A stretch of 64,000 nt of DNA from NCBI GenBank assembly GCA_963806905.1, contig CAWEAA010000002.1:310640-374639 (forward strand), read 5' to 3'. Both the position numbers and the translations under genes were made by a program. The stretch comes from an uncultured Verrucomicrobiae bacterium (GTDB lineage Bacteria > Verrucomicrobiota > Verrucomicrobiia > Limisphaerales > UBA11358). The notes under the pieces are model-generated. The model was not told the DNA's origin. It worked only from the letters and a program-made list of their open reading frames with translations, and did no database searches. Of this stretch, positions 8,179 to 17,888 are shown in pieces (within the stretch, counting starts at the first letter, position 1; every line of letters starts with the position of its first letter).

Positions 8179-9453
8179 ATGCTTTATTTCGAACGCGGTT
8201 CCCCAAAGGCAAAGTTGTCGCTGGATGATTTGCGCGATGGCTTGTACAAGGCGCTGGCCCGCCTGGGCAAGCCCCAGCGGGTGCTGGTCGTGCCGCCGGA
8301 TTTCACCCGGTTCCATTCGCAGGCGGGTGTGCTGACCAGGCTCATCTCCGATTACTACGATGAGCGTTTGACGGACGTTCTGCCCGCGCTGGGCACGCAT
8401 TCGCCGATGACACCGGAACAGATCGCCGAAATGTATGCCGGCGTGCCGCCGGAGTTGTTCCGGGTTCACAACTGGCGCACGGGCGTCGCCACTGTCGGCG
8501 AAGTGCCGGCGGAGTTCGTGCGGCAGGTAACCGATGGCGCCGTGGATTTTCCCTGGCAGGCGCAACTGGCCAATCTCATCTGGAGGGGCAAACACGATTT
8601 GATCCTGTCCGTCGGCCAGATCGTCCCGCACGAAGTCGTCGGCATGGCCAGTTACAACAAGAACATCTTCGTGGGCACGGGTGGCACGGAAAGCATCAAC
8701 AAGAGCCATTTCGTCGGCGCGGCCTACGGGATGGAGCGGATGATGGGGCGCGCGGACACGCCGGTGCGGCGCATTCTCAACTACGCCTCCGAGCATTTCA
8801 CGAAGCACCTGCCCATCGTCTATGTGCACACGGTGATGGGAAACGACGCCAAGGGCAGATTGTGCGTGCGCGGCCTGTTCGTGAGCGACGATAGTTCTGG
8901 TTTCGACAAGGGCGCGGCGCTTTCATTAAAGGTCAATTTCAACATGCTCGACAAGCCGCTCAAAAAAGTGGTCGTCTATTTGGATCCCGGCGAGTTCAAG
9001 AGCACATGGCTGGGCAACAAGAGCATTTATCGCACGCGCATGGCCATGGCCGATGGCGGCGACTTGATTGTGCTTGCACCCGGGTTGAAGGAATTCGGCG
9101 AAGACGAGGAAATTGACCGGCTCATCCGCAAGTACGGTTATCGCGGCACGCCGGCGACGCTGGCGGCCGTGAAAGCCAACGCCGAATTGCAGAACAATCT
9201 CAGCGCGGCGGCGCATTTCATCCACAGCTCCTCCGAGGGCCGGTTCAACATCACGTATTGCCCCGGCCACCTCTCACGGGCGGAAATCGAGAGCGTCAAT
9301 TTCCGTTATGCCGACCTGCGACAAATGACAGCGCGTTATAATCCGGCCAAGCTCAGGGACGGCTGGAACATCATGCCGGATGGCGATCAAATCTTTTACA
9401 TTTCAAACCCGGCACTCGGACTGTGGGCGTATCGGGGACGATTCGAGGATTAG
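8179..9453 (+). CDS. LarA (lactate racemase)-family nickel-pincer epimerase, possibly D-mannonate/D-gluconate 2-epimerase
   Basis: PPDFTR, ALGTH, VPHEVVGMASYNK and KSHF align with LarA D-x-T-R, catalytic His, cofactor Lys and Ni-His motifs; hexuronate gene context. Confidence 0.75.
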   Translation: MLYFERGSPKAKLSLDDLRDGLYKALARLGKPQRVLVVPPDFTRFHSQAGVLTRLISDYYDERLTDVLPALGTHSPMTPEQIAEMYAGVPPELFRVHNWRTGVATVGEVPAEFVRQVTDGAVDFPWQAQLANLIWRGKHDLILSVGQIVPHEVVGMASYNKNIFVGTGGTESINKSHFVGAAYGMERMMGRADTPVRRILNYASEHFTKHLPIVYVHTVMGNDAKGRLCVRGLFVSDDSSGFDKGAALSLKVNFNMLDKPLKKVVVYLDPGEFKSTWLGNKSIYRTRMAMADGGDLIVLAPGLKEFGEDEEIDRLIRKYGYRGTPATLAAVKANAELQNNLSAAAHFIHSSSEGRFNITYCPGHLSRAEIESVNFRYADLRQMTARYNPAKLRDGWNIMPDGDQIFYISNPALGLWAYRGRFED

Positions 9454-9491
9454 AATCAAATTGCGTTCAAAATCCCACAAATTGATAAACG

Positions 9492-9560
9492 CCCCCTCAC
9501 TCGCCCTTCGGGCACCCTCTCCCCCGTTGTCAACGGGGGAGGAGGCCGGGGCAAGGGGGC
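9492..9560. repeat. CCCTCAC/CCCTCTCCC-type palindromic repeat
   Basis: CCCCTCACTCGCCCTTCGGGCACCCTCTCCCCCGTTGTCAACGGGGGAGGAGG...GGGG; related to 45297-45426. Confidence 0.7.
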
Positions 9561-9595
9561 GCGGTGCCCGCAACGCGTAAGCCACGGAGGCCACT

Positions 9596-10702
9596 TTGAA
9601 TCGAAGAATCGCCGGCCTGATTTCAGTACTGATGGCGGTGGGGCTTTTGATCGTTGGGATGTGGCCTTTTGCGTTCCGGCCTCTCAATCGCGTGGGCTGG
9701 CTTAAAGACCGCGCGGGTTTGTCATTCCTGCCCGACGGCGTCGCCTACGGACCGGAGGCAACCGATTGGTCCCGGGGCGGCCCGCCGGATCAACCGGCGG
9801 CGTTCACGATGGAACTCTGGCTCGAACCGGGCCAAGTGCCCCCCACCGATTTGTTCGATATCCTGACGATTGACGATGGCGTCTTCCCGTCAGGAATCGT
9901 CCTGTTTCAATGGAAGACGGAACTGCTGCTTCGTATTCGCGACCGTGCCAGCCGCCGTGGATTTCGAGAGGTTGGGCCGAGCGGCGTTCTGACAGAGCAA
10001 ACGCCCTGTTTCATCACCGTCACGGTGGCCCCCTCGGGGACAACTTTCTATTCGAACGGGTCCCGGTTGAGTCATTATCCCGGTTTCACCGTACCCAACT
10101 CACGGTTGAACGGGCGATTGATCCTCGGAAATGCCGCCGAGGGCAAACATCCTTGGAGAGGGAATTTATTCGGCCTGGCCATTTTCAATCGAGCTTTGGA
10201 CGCATCCGAAGTTGCGCAACATTACGCATTATGGACGAGCCATCAGGCAGGACAGCTTGCGGCTGAATCCGGCCTGGCCGCATTGTATCGCTTCGACGAG
10301 GGCAATGGACAATGGGTGAATGATCTCTCCACCAACCGGCATCGGCTGTTGATTCCAGAGCGATACAATGTATTGCGAAAACGCGTGCTGGAACTGGATC
10401 CAGTCGGAATGTCCGATTTGGATGATATCGCGGTGAATATCCTTGGATTCATGCCGTTCGGATTTATCGTGTACGGCTATCGCCGGCTGGCCAAACCTGA
10501 TGGCCGGGGCGGGAATCTTGTGTGGGCGGTCTGCGCCGGCGCAACGATCAGTTTGGCCATCGAACTGACCCAGGCCTGGCTGCCCAACCGCACCTCGTCG
10601 ATTAACGATATTTTGACCAATACGCTGGGGACATTCCTGGGCGCGCTCCTTGCAAGGAAGTTGCTGTCCAGGAGAACCTCCACCAACGTCACGCCTCCTT
10701 AA
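9596..10702 (+). CDS. VanZ-family membrane protein with inserted LamG/concanavalin-like domain
   Basis: FTMELWL, WRGNLFGLAIFNRALDASEV, LYRFDEGNG (LamG); NILGFMPFG, IELTQAWLPNRTSSINDILTNTLG (VanZ). Confidence 0.8.
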   Translation: MNRRIAGLISVLMAVGLLIVGMWPFAFRPLNRVGWLKDRAGLSFLPDGVAYGPEATDWSRGGPPDQPAAFTMELWLEPGQVPPTDLFDILTIDDGVFPSGIVLFQWKTELLLRIRDRASRRGFREVGPSGVLTEQTPCFITVTVAPSGTTFYSNGSRLSHYPGFTVPNSRLNGRLILGNAAEGKHPWRGNLFGLAIFNRALDASEVAQHYALWTSHQAGQLAAESGLAALYRFDEGNGQWVNDLSTNRHRLLIPERYNVLRKRVLELDPVGMSDLDDIAVNILGFMPFGFIVYGYRRLAKPDGRGGNLVWAVCAGATISLAIELTQAWLPNRTSSINDILTNTLGTFLGALLARKLLSRRTSTNVTPP

Positions 10703-10892
10703 TCCGGAGGCAATGGGATGCTTGCGTCACCACGACGATGGGCGGCACGCACAAGGCAAGAATGAACATACCAGTCTTGCGCATACGGGCAGGACAAGAG
10801 ACAATGGTGTGGCATGACTGCGCGTTTCATCAAGCGCCGGGCCACACCGGAGAAACGTGGTGCGAGACGGTTTGGGACAGGTTTTGATTTAT

Positions 10893-11666
10893 ATGACAAC
10901 ACCAGCGGAACTTTTTTCCCTCAAAGAGCGCGTGGCCGTCATCATCGGCGGCACGGGCGAATTGTGCGGCACGATGGCGGAAGGTTTTGCGTCGGCGGGC
11001 GCGAAGGTCGCGCTGGTCGGACGCGACGCGGGCAAAGCCAAAGTGCGGCTCGATAAAATTTCAAAAGACGGCGGCAAGGCGGAATTTTTCCCGTGCGACA
11101 CGACATCGAAGGCCGGGCTGCAAAAACTGCTGGCCGGTGTTCTTGCCAAATTTGGCCGCGTGGACATTCTGGTCAATGGCGCGGGCGTGAATTCGCCGAC
11201 GCCGTTCTTTGACATTTCCGAGGAGGAAATGGACCGCATTCTCACGGTGAATTTGAAAGGCGTGGTGCTGGCTTGCCAGGTTTTTGGCAAGCACATGGTC
11301 GCGCAAGGTTCAGGCAGCATCATCAATGTCGGTTCGGCGTCGGGGCTGAATCCGCTATCGCGCGTGTTCACCTATTCGGCGTCGAAGGCCGCCGTGCATA
11401 ACATTTCCAAAAATCTCGCGCGCGAGTGGGCGGCGAGGGGTGTGCGGGTGAACATTCTCGTGCCGGGATTTTTCCCCGCCGAACAAAATCGCACCGTGTT
11501 GAGCCCCGACCGGGTGGCCTCAATCCTGGCCAAAACGCCGATGAAACGCTTTGGCGAGGCACACGAACTCATCGGCGCGGCGTTGCTGCTCGCATCCGAT
11601 GCGGGCAGTTTTATCACCGGAACCGAACTCGTCGTGGACGGCGGGTTCGATGCCATGACCATTTGA
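10893..11666 (+). CDS. SDR oxidoreductase, probably fructuronate reductase/D-mannonate oxidoreductase
   Basis: [29 protein letters not shown]; directly upstream of uxaC. Confidence 0.8.
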   Translation: MTTPAELFSLKERVAVIIGGTGELCGTMAEGFASAGAKVALVGRDAGKAKVRLDKISKDGGKAEFFPCDTTSKAGLQKLLAGVLAKFGRVDILVNGAGVNSPTPFFDISEEEMDRILTVNLKGVVLACQVFGKHMVAQGSGSIINVGSASGLNPLSRVFTYSASKAAVHNISKNLAREWAARGVRVNILVPGFFPAEQNRTVLSPDRVASILAKTPMKRFGEAHELIGAALLLASDAGSFITGTELVVDGGFDAMTI

Positions 11667-11667
11667 T

Positions 11668-13074
11668 ATGAAATTCTGCGACGAAAATTTTCTGCTGTCG
11701 AACGATGTGGCCCGCGAGTTGTATCACCACACCGCGGTGAACCAGCCGATCATTGATTATCACTGCCATCTTTCGCCAAAGGACATTGCGGAAGACCGGC
11801 GCTTTGAGAATATCCACGAACCATGGCTGGGCGGTGATCATTACAAATGGCGCGCGATGCGGGCCAACGGCGTGCCGGAAAAATTGATCACCGGCAACGA
11901 GACCACCGCGCGCGAAAAATTCCAGGTGTGGGCGGCGACGGTTCCCAAGACCCTGCGCAATCCGCTTTTCCATTGGACGCACCTGGAATTGCAGCGCTAT
12001 TTCAGCATTGAAAAATTGCTGGAAGAAAGCACGGCGCAGGAAATTTGGGACGAAACCAGCCGTTTGCTCGCGCAACCGGGCTTTTCCGTGCGCGGACTTG
12101 TCGAGCGCATGAACGTCAAGGTGATTTGCACCACGGACGATCTCACCGACCGGCTCGAGCATCACAAAGCCATCGTAAAATCGGGCTGGAAGGTGAAAGT
12201 ATTTCCGGCGTTCCGCCCCGACAACGCGCTGCGCGTCAATCAGCCGGAGCGTTTCAAGCAATGGGTGAAAACTTTGAGCGACGCAGCGGGAACCAACGCG
12301 ACCACGTTCAAAGGTTTTCTAAAGGCGCTGAAGCAACGCCACGATTTCTTCCACGCCAACGGCGGCCGGCTTTCCGATCATGGCCTGAATCAAATGCCGT
12401 CTCTGGATTGCACGGAGAAAAAGGCCGCGGCGATTTTCTCGGCGGCACTCAAAGGCAGGGCGGCTTCGCCGGAAGACGCCGAGCGGTTTGCGTCATTCAT
12501 GATGGAATTTTTCGGCGTGCTGGACGCGGAGAAGAATTGGACGAAGCAGCTTCATCTCGGCGCCTTGCGCGACCCGAATTCGCGCATGGCGGAAAAACTC
12601 GGCGCGGACACGGGCAGCGACACCATTGGTGATTTTCCACAGATGGCGGGACTCGCGCGTTATCTGGACCGGCTTGATCGCATCGGCAAGTTGCCCAAGA
12701 CCATCATCTACAATTTGAACCCGGCGGACACCGGTCTGTTCGCGGGCATGCCGGGCAGTTTTCAGGACGGCTCCGTGGCGGGCAAGCTGCAGTATGGCGC
12801 GGCATGGTGGTTTCTCGATCAGGAGAACGGCATCCGCGCGCAGCTGGATGTCCTTTCCGATCTCGGTTTGCTCAGCCGATTCGTCGGGATGCTGACGGAT
12901 TCGCGTTCGTTTCTGTCGTATCCGCGTCACGAATATTTCCGGCGCATCCTTTGCGACACGCTCGGCGCGGACGTGGAGAGCGGGCGACTGCCCGACCGGC
13001 GCGAATGGCTCACCAATCTGGTCACCGACGTTTGTTACCGGAATGCGAAGAATTACTTCGGGTTCCCCGCTTAA
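11668..13074 (+). CDS. uxaC: Uronate (glucuronate/galacturonate) isomerase
   Basis: IIDYHCHL, GDHYKWRAMRANG, NPLFHWTHLEL, WWFLD, GMLTDSRSFLSYPRHEYFRRILC. Confidence 0.96.
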   Translation: MKFCDENFLLSNDVARELYHHTAVNQPIIDYHCHLSPKDIAEDRRFENIHEPWLGGDHYKWRAMRANGVPEKLITGNETTAREKFQVWAATVPKTLRNPLFHWTHLELQRYFSIEKLLEESTAQEIWDETSRLLAQPGFSVRGLVERMNVKVICTTDDLTDRLEHHKAIVKSGWKVKVFPAFRPDNALRVNQPERFKQWVKTLSDAAGTNATTFKGFLKALKQRHDFFHANGGRLSDHGLNQMPSLDCTEKKAAAIFSAALKGRAASPEDAERFASFMMEFFGVLDAEKNWTKQLHLGALRDPNSRMAEKLGADTGSDTIGDFPQMAGLARYLDRLDRIGKLPKTIIYNLNPADTGLFAGMPGSFQDGSVAGKLQYGAAWWFLDQENGIRAQLDVLSDLGLLSRFVGMLTDSRSFLSYPRHEYFRRILCDTLGADVESGRLPDRREWLTNLVTDVCYRNAKNYFGFPA

Positions 13075-13144
13075 GCGCGTCGCCCAAAAATCAGCCCGCT
13101 GAAGTGATTCGCTTCAATGGTCTTTTATTTTCAGACGGAAGTTT

Positions 13145-14503
13145 TTACAAGTCCGTGATGGGTTTGTGCCGGGGCACAAGCGCTTTGATGATGCCCCACG
13201 CAATCAGATAACTCAGGGCGCAGATGGTGAACATGATGAGGTAAGCGGTTTGCGGGGTCGGGAAGGCGTCGCGCAGCCGACCTTGAAGCAATTGGATCAG
13301 CACGCCGCCGATGCCCCCGGCCATGGTGCCAATGCCGGTGACCGATGCCACGGTTTTCTTTGGAAACATGTCGGAAACCGTCGTGAAGAGATTTGCCGAC
13401 CAGGCCTGATGCGCCGTGCAGCCGATACAAATCATGGCCACGGCGAGCGTTGCGGCCAGATGGCCAAAACGGTTCACATCTCCGAAGTACTGTGTCAACA
13501 GGACCGTTAGCGGAAAGACGGCGATGACCAGCATCGTCATCATGCGCGCTTGGTAAACGGCCATGCCACGTTTGATGAGGGTGAACGGAATGCTGCTGCC
13601 GTAAATGCTGCCGAGGATGGCGATTCCATATACGATAAAAGTGGGCATTCGCACTTCGCTTTGTGTCATCTTAAATTGATCGTGCAAATAAGCCGGCAGC
13701 CAGAACAAATAAAACCACCAGATGCCGTCGGTCATGAATTTGCCCGCGATGAACGCCCAGAGTTGGCGGTAGCCAAACAACCGCAGCCACGGAACCTTCG
13801 CCTTATCACTCGTCTGGGCGCCGGTGGCGACTTCGTCGTCGATATGAATGTAATCATATTCAGTTTTGGAGAGTCGCGGGTGTTTCCCGGGCGGGTTATA
13901 GAGCCAGAACCAGAAAATCAGCCAGAAGAACCCCAAGGCGCCGGTGATGACAAACGCCCATTTCCAACCCCGTTGATCGCCAAAATAGACCATGAAGGTT
14001 GGAACGAGCAGCGCCGCGACCATGGCGCCGGCGTTCGACCCGGCGTTGAAAATCGAAGTTGCCAGTGCTCGTTCGCGTTTGGGGAACCATTCGGCAACGG
14101 TTTTGATGGATGCAGGAAAGTTGCCCGCTTCACTGACGGCAAATAAGCTCCGCACCATAATATGCATCACGAGCAACCTCCCGACGAAGGCGTTGAGAAT
14201 CCCGAAAACGGACCACGCGATAAGTGAAAGCGCCAAACCCAGCTTTGTGCCGATTCTGTCAATGAGCCATCCGGCGAAGACCGTTGCCGCCGCGTAAACG
14301 CCGGTGAAGGCCGACGTCAAATAGGAAAAATCGGAATTGGTCCAGCCGAAGCCGCCCTGGCTTTCCGGTCGGCAGAAAAATGGCTGCAGATAGCTGATGA
14401 CCTGCCGGTCCAGGTAGTTGAAGGTGGTGGCGAAAAACAGCAGCGCGCAGATGACCCAACGATAGTTGCTCGAAGCCGGGGCGGTTTGGCTGGGGGAATT
14501 CAT
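13145..14503 (-). CDS. exuT: MFS hexuronate transporter (ExuT-like)
   Basis: RWVICALLFFATTFNYLDRQ, EAGNFP, AEWFPKRERA, KFMTDGIWWFYLFWLP, HQAWSAN. Confidence 0.85.
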   Translation of the reverse strand: MNSPSQTAPASSNYRWVICALLFFATTFNYLDRQVISYLQPFFCRPESQGGFGWTNSDFSYLTSAFTGVYAAATVFAGWLIDRIGTKLGLALSLIAWSVFGILNAFVGRLLVMHIMVRSLFAVSEAGNFPASIKTVAEWFPKRERALATSIFNAGSNAGAMVAALLVPTFMVYFGDQRGWKWAFVITGALGFFWLIFWFWLYNPPGKHPRLSKTEYDYIHIDDEVATGAQTSDKAKVPWLRLFGYRQLWAFIAGKFMTDGIWWFYLFWLPAYLHDQFKMTQSEVRMPTFIVYGIAILGSIYGSSIPFTLIKRGMAVYQARMMTMLVIAVFPLTVLLTQYFGDVNRFGHLAATLAVAMICIGCTAHQAWSANLFTTVSDMFPKKTVASVTGIGTMAGGIGGVLIQLLQGRLRDAFPTPQTAYLIMFTICALSYLIAWGIIKALVPRHKPITDL

Positions 14504-14593
14504 TCGCGCGAAAATACCCCAAAACACTCCCATCCCTCAAGCGTTCAAATCCAACTTTACAAACCGGTGGCACTTATGCCACGCTGAGTGATT

Positions 14594-14971
14594 ATGTTGA
14601 AGAAATTTCTGGCAGTCCTGCCGCTCCTTTTGCTGACCGGTTGCGCCACCACGTTCACGCGCCTGACGCCGCTGGAACAGCCGCGCAATTCCAACAACCT
14701 TTACCCCGTCGAAGTCGTCTTCAATTCCTCGCAGCAATCGCTGCGCTGGGAGAGCATCCAGCCTTACGTGCTCGTCAATGGCGCGCTTTACCCGATGCGC
14801 CAGGTGCCAATGATGCAAAATCGTTGGGACGGTTTCGTGCCAGTGCCGCCGGGAACAAATTCCGCAAGCTACCGTTTCAAATTCGATTATCTCTACAACG
14901 ATTTCGGCGCGCCGCCCAAGCCCAACAGCGTCTTTTCGCCGGTGTACAAGCTGACCATCGTTGACCAGTAA
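14594..14971 (+). CDS. Hypothetical lipoprotein
   Basis: MLKKFLAVLPLLLLTG-C lipobox; host-like codon usage. Confidence 0.75.
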   Translation: MLKKFLAVLPLLLLTGCATTFTRLTPLEQPRNSNNLYPVEVVFNSSQQSLRWESIQPYVLVNGALYPMRQVPMMQNRWDGFVPVPPGTNSASYRFKFDYLYNDFGAPPKPNSVFSPVYKLTIVDQ

Positions 14972-15007
14972 CCGGAGGGACGGGTTACACGAGTCCCCAA
15001 ATGATGT

Positions 15008-15038
15008 CGGGCGCGGATGATTTATCCGCGCCCGTTTT
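15008..15038. terminator. Hairpin terminator between convergent genes
   Basis: CGGGCGCGGAT-gattt-ATCCGCGCCCG-TTTT. Confidence 0.7.
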
Positions 15039-15092
15039 AAAAATGGGAGGAATTGCCGGATTCGCACAGCGCGTCCCCCGGAAACGCGGTGG

Positions 15093-15542
15093 TCAGTGCC
15101 GGGGCCGGAGCAGGATCGCTTTTTTGTCCGAGCCTTCCACTTCGACGCTGTGCGTTTCCACGTCGGGGTCGTCCTTCAACGCGTGATGCACGACGCGGCG
15201 GTCAAAGGCATTCAAGGGCTCCAATTCCACCGCGTCACCCCAGCGCCGGACTTTTTCGGCGGCGTCCTTCGCTTTTTTCACGAGCGCCTCGCGCGCCTGC
15301 GCGCGGTAGCCGCCCACGTCCACCATCGCCTTGGGCGAACTGGGGTCCTGCTGGAAGAGCAGGCGATTGGTGATGTATTGCAAATCGGCCAGTGTCTGGC
15401 CCTGGCGGCCGATGAGCCGCCCGGCGTCCTCGGTTTTCACGTCGAGCAAGAGGCCTTCTTCCAGCTTGTGTTCCTCAACAGCGGCTTGAAAGCCGAGCAA
15501 CGTCAGAATTTTTTCCAGGGTTTCTTTCGGTTGGGCGGGCAT
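15093..15542 (-). CDS. jag: Jag/KhpB-type RNA-binding protein (KH + R3H, no Jag_N)
   Basis: LIGRQGQTLADLQY (KH), FDRRVVHHAL (R3H); downstream of yidC. Confidence 0.88.
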   Translation of the reverse strand: MPAQPKETLEKILTLLGFQAAVEEHKLEEGLLLDVKTEDAGRLIGRQGQTLADLQYITNRLLFQQDPSSPKAMVDVGGYRAQAREALVKKAKDAAEKVRRWGDAVELEPLNAFDRRVVHHALKDDPDVETHSVEVEGSDKKAILLRPRH

Positions 15543-15582
15543 AAGTTGGTTGCGGGTTGAATGTCGCCTGTTTGTTTTCGCC

Positions 15583-17364
15583 TTATTTCTTCTTTTTTGG
15601 CGGCGGCGTCAATGCCGGATTTGCCGCCGGCGCCGCCGGGTCGCGCAGGTTTTTCGTCAGCTTGGTTTGCAGAATGGTCAGCAAATTGTTCACCGTCCAG
15701 TAAAGCGCCAGTCCCGCCGAGTAGTTGTAGAGGAACACCAAAAAAATCAACGGCAGGTACCGCATGATTTTTGCCTGCGTTGGGTCCATGCCCGGCGACG
15801 GTGGCGTCAGATGCGATTGCCACAGCATCGCCCCGCCCATCAGCAGCGGCAGCAGGTTGAACGGGAAATTGGTGCCCGGAATCATGAACAGCGTATCCGG
15901 CTTGGACAAATCCTTGACCCACAGGAAACTGGCGCCGCGCAATTCAATGGCGCTGCGCAGCATCGTGAAAAAACCGATGAACACCGGTGTCTGGATCAAC
16001 ATCGGCAAACAACCGCTCACCGGGCTGACCTTGTGTTTCCGCCAAAGCTCCATTTGCTTCTGTGTGAATTTTTGCGGGTCGTCCTTGTATTTTTCCTTGA
16101 GCGCCTTAACCTCCGGCGCGAGCGCCTGCATCCGTTTCATCGAGCGCGTGCTCGCCGCCATCAACGGCCAGAAAATGCCGCGCAGCAGAACAGTAATCAG
16201 AACAATCACCGAGCCGTAACCGAATTTCGTGACGTCGTGCAGCCAGTTCATCGCCAGCAGCAACGGCTTCGCGCAAAAACCGAAGAATCCGCCGAAGCCC
16301 ATCACGTTGTCCGCGTGATTTTGAAACTGCGCGCCAATGTCCGCCAGCGTCCGGTATTCCTTCGGCCCGGCGAAGAAAACGATTTGCCGCTCGATGACCT
16401 GATTGGTTGCCAGCGTCTGTGCGGGATAAACCAGGGCCGTTTGGACGCCTTGCGGCGGCGGTGCGCCGGGAATGGGTTCGACATTCGGAAACAACGGCAG
16501 AGTGACGGGGCGCGCGATGATTTGCTCCACCGGCTGCTTCGGCATCGCCAGCAACGCAAAAAACTGATTGTGCGCCGCCGCCCAAACAACGTTGTTCGAA
16601 CCGGCAACATATTCCGAACGCGGCATACCGCGAAAACAGCCGAGGCCTGAGCCCGAAAACCACGAGAACGGGTTGTCGTGCGAACTCGCGCCATCAAACC
16701 ACATCGCGCCTTCGTACATGGAATAGGTGCTGTCGTCCGGCCCCATCGGCGTCGCCGTGCCCACCACCAATTCCTGCGCCGGCAACGCGAGCGGTTTATC
16801 CGAGGTGTTTTCGAGCCGCACACTGGCGTTCACCAGATAATTGGAGCTGAGATGAAACTCCTTCACGAGCCGCAAACCGTTGGTGAACGATTTCTCGGCG
16901 CGAACCCCGTCATCGGTTTTCGTCAAAGTGAATATGCCGTCGCCGACGATCCCGTCATCGCCCAAAATCGCCAGCACCGGCACGGGCGCGCGGGTGTTCA
17001 ACGTGGCCACGGCGTTGGTCGGATTGCCTTTTCGAGTTGTCCACCGCGCCGAAACCGTTTCGGGGTAATCCAGCAATTCAACCAATTTCAGGCCGCCGCC
17101 GCGCGACGTAAACGTGTAACGCGCGAGCTGGTTCGCGAGCACCAGCGTCCGCTCGGGCGTGTTGGTGTCGAATGAATAAGCCGAAACCGCGGTCGGTGCG
17201 GCCAGGCCGGCGCTGGCATTTGCCGTTGTTGTTTGGGCCGCCGCGAGCGTGTTCGTGCCCGTTTGCGGCTGCGGCAAATGCGAGTAATACTTTTGCTGCT
17301 CGTAAAAACTCACGCCAAGCAGAATGGCGCAGAGTGTGACGACGATGATGCCGGTGCGGTCCAT
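15583..17364 (-). CDS. yidC: Membrane protein insertase YidC
   Basis: FAGPK, SMKRMQAL.PE, GCLPMLIQTPVF, IELRGASFLWVKDLSKPD, ALYWTVNN. Confidence 0.96.
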   Translation of the reverse strand: MDRTGIIVVTLCAILLGVSFYEQQKYYSHLPQPQTGTNTLAAAQTTTANASAGLAAPTAVSAYSFDTNTPERTLVLANQLARYTFTSRGGGLKLVELLDYPETVSARWTTRKGNPTNAVATLNTRAPVPVLAILGDDGIVGDGIFTLTKTDDGVRAEKSFTNGLRLVKEFHLSSNYLVNASVRLENTSDKPLALPAQELVVGTATPMGPDDSTYSMYEGAMWFDGASSHDNPFSWFSGSGLGCFRGMPRSEYVAGSNNVVWAAAHNQFFALLAMPKQPVEQIIARPVTLPLFPNVEPIPGAPPPQGVQTALVYPAQTLATNQVIERQIVFFAGPKEYRTLADIGAQFQNHADNVMGFGGFFGFCAKPLLLAMNWLHDVTKFGYGSVIVLITVLLRGIFWPLMAASTRSMKRMQALAPEVKALKEKYKDDPQKFTQKQMELWRKHKVSPVSGCLPMLIQTPVFIGFFTMLRSAIELRGASFLWVKDLSKPDTLFMIPGTNFPFNLLPLLMGGAMLWQSHLTPPSPGMDPTQAKIMRYLPLIFLVFLYNYSAGLALYWTVNNLLTILQTKLTKNLRDPAAPAANPALTPPPKKKK

Positions 17365-17370
17365 GAGAAA

Positions 17371-17865
17371 TTAAATTTCGAACTCCTTGCCGCGTCGAAG
17401 CGCAGCGGAGACGGGCGAATTCCCGCCTTCGCCTTCGGCTCCGGCGCGGCAAGCCTGGATGCAGGCAGCGTTGAAGCGCAGCGCAGACGGGCGAACTCCA
17501 AACTCCGGACTCCGAACTCCGAATTCCCTCTGGGGCACCGGATCGTGCCCGCCTTCGCCCCACGGATAACAGCGGCAAATCCGCTTTATTGCCAGCCAAC
17601 CGCCGCCAACGGCGCCTTGCGTGTGAATCGCCTCCATCGCGTATTGCGAACAGGTCGGCGTGAAGCGGCAGCCGCTGCCCGCGCCAAAAAGAAAAATTTG
17701 CGCCGGAGAAATTGTGAGTTGGTACACGCGAATGGCCAGCGTCAGAACTCGAATGACTAATGACGAAGCCCTAATGACTAAAGAATGACGAAACCCAAAT
17801 GATAAACCAGAAGCCGCCGTGCGCGCGGAGGTTTGGGCATTCGTTATTGGCAATTCTTTAGTCAT
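17371..17865 (-). CDS. yidD: Membrane protein insertion efficiency factor YidD with repeat-derived N- and C-terminal extensions
   Basis: [10 protein letters not shown]...[16 protein letters not shown]...[23 protein letters not shown]; between rnpA and yidC. Confidence 0.92.
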   Translation of the reverse strand: MTKELPITNAQTSARTAASGLSFGFRHSLVIRASSLVIRVLTLAIRVYQLTISPAQIFLFGAGSGCRFTPTCSQYAMEAIHTQGAVGGGWLAIKRICRCYPWGEGGHDPVPQREFGVRSPEFGVRPSALRFNAACIQACRAGAEGEGGNSPVSAALRRGKEFEI

Positions 17866-17888
17866 TCGGATTCAGGAATCAGTCATTT
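17750..17888. repeat. Inverted-arm heptamer element (AATGACT.../...AGTCATT), copy 1
   Basis: Left arm of AATGAC(T/G) units, right arm of AGTCATT units; 34-nt segment nearly identical to the copy at 53538-53697. Confidence 0.8.

Noticed and set aside
15093-15542. Jag lacking its N-terminal domain
   Set aside because: KH+R3H-only forms are common; not unusual.
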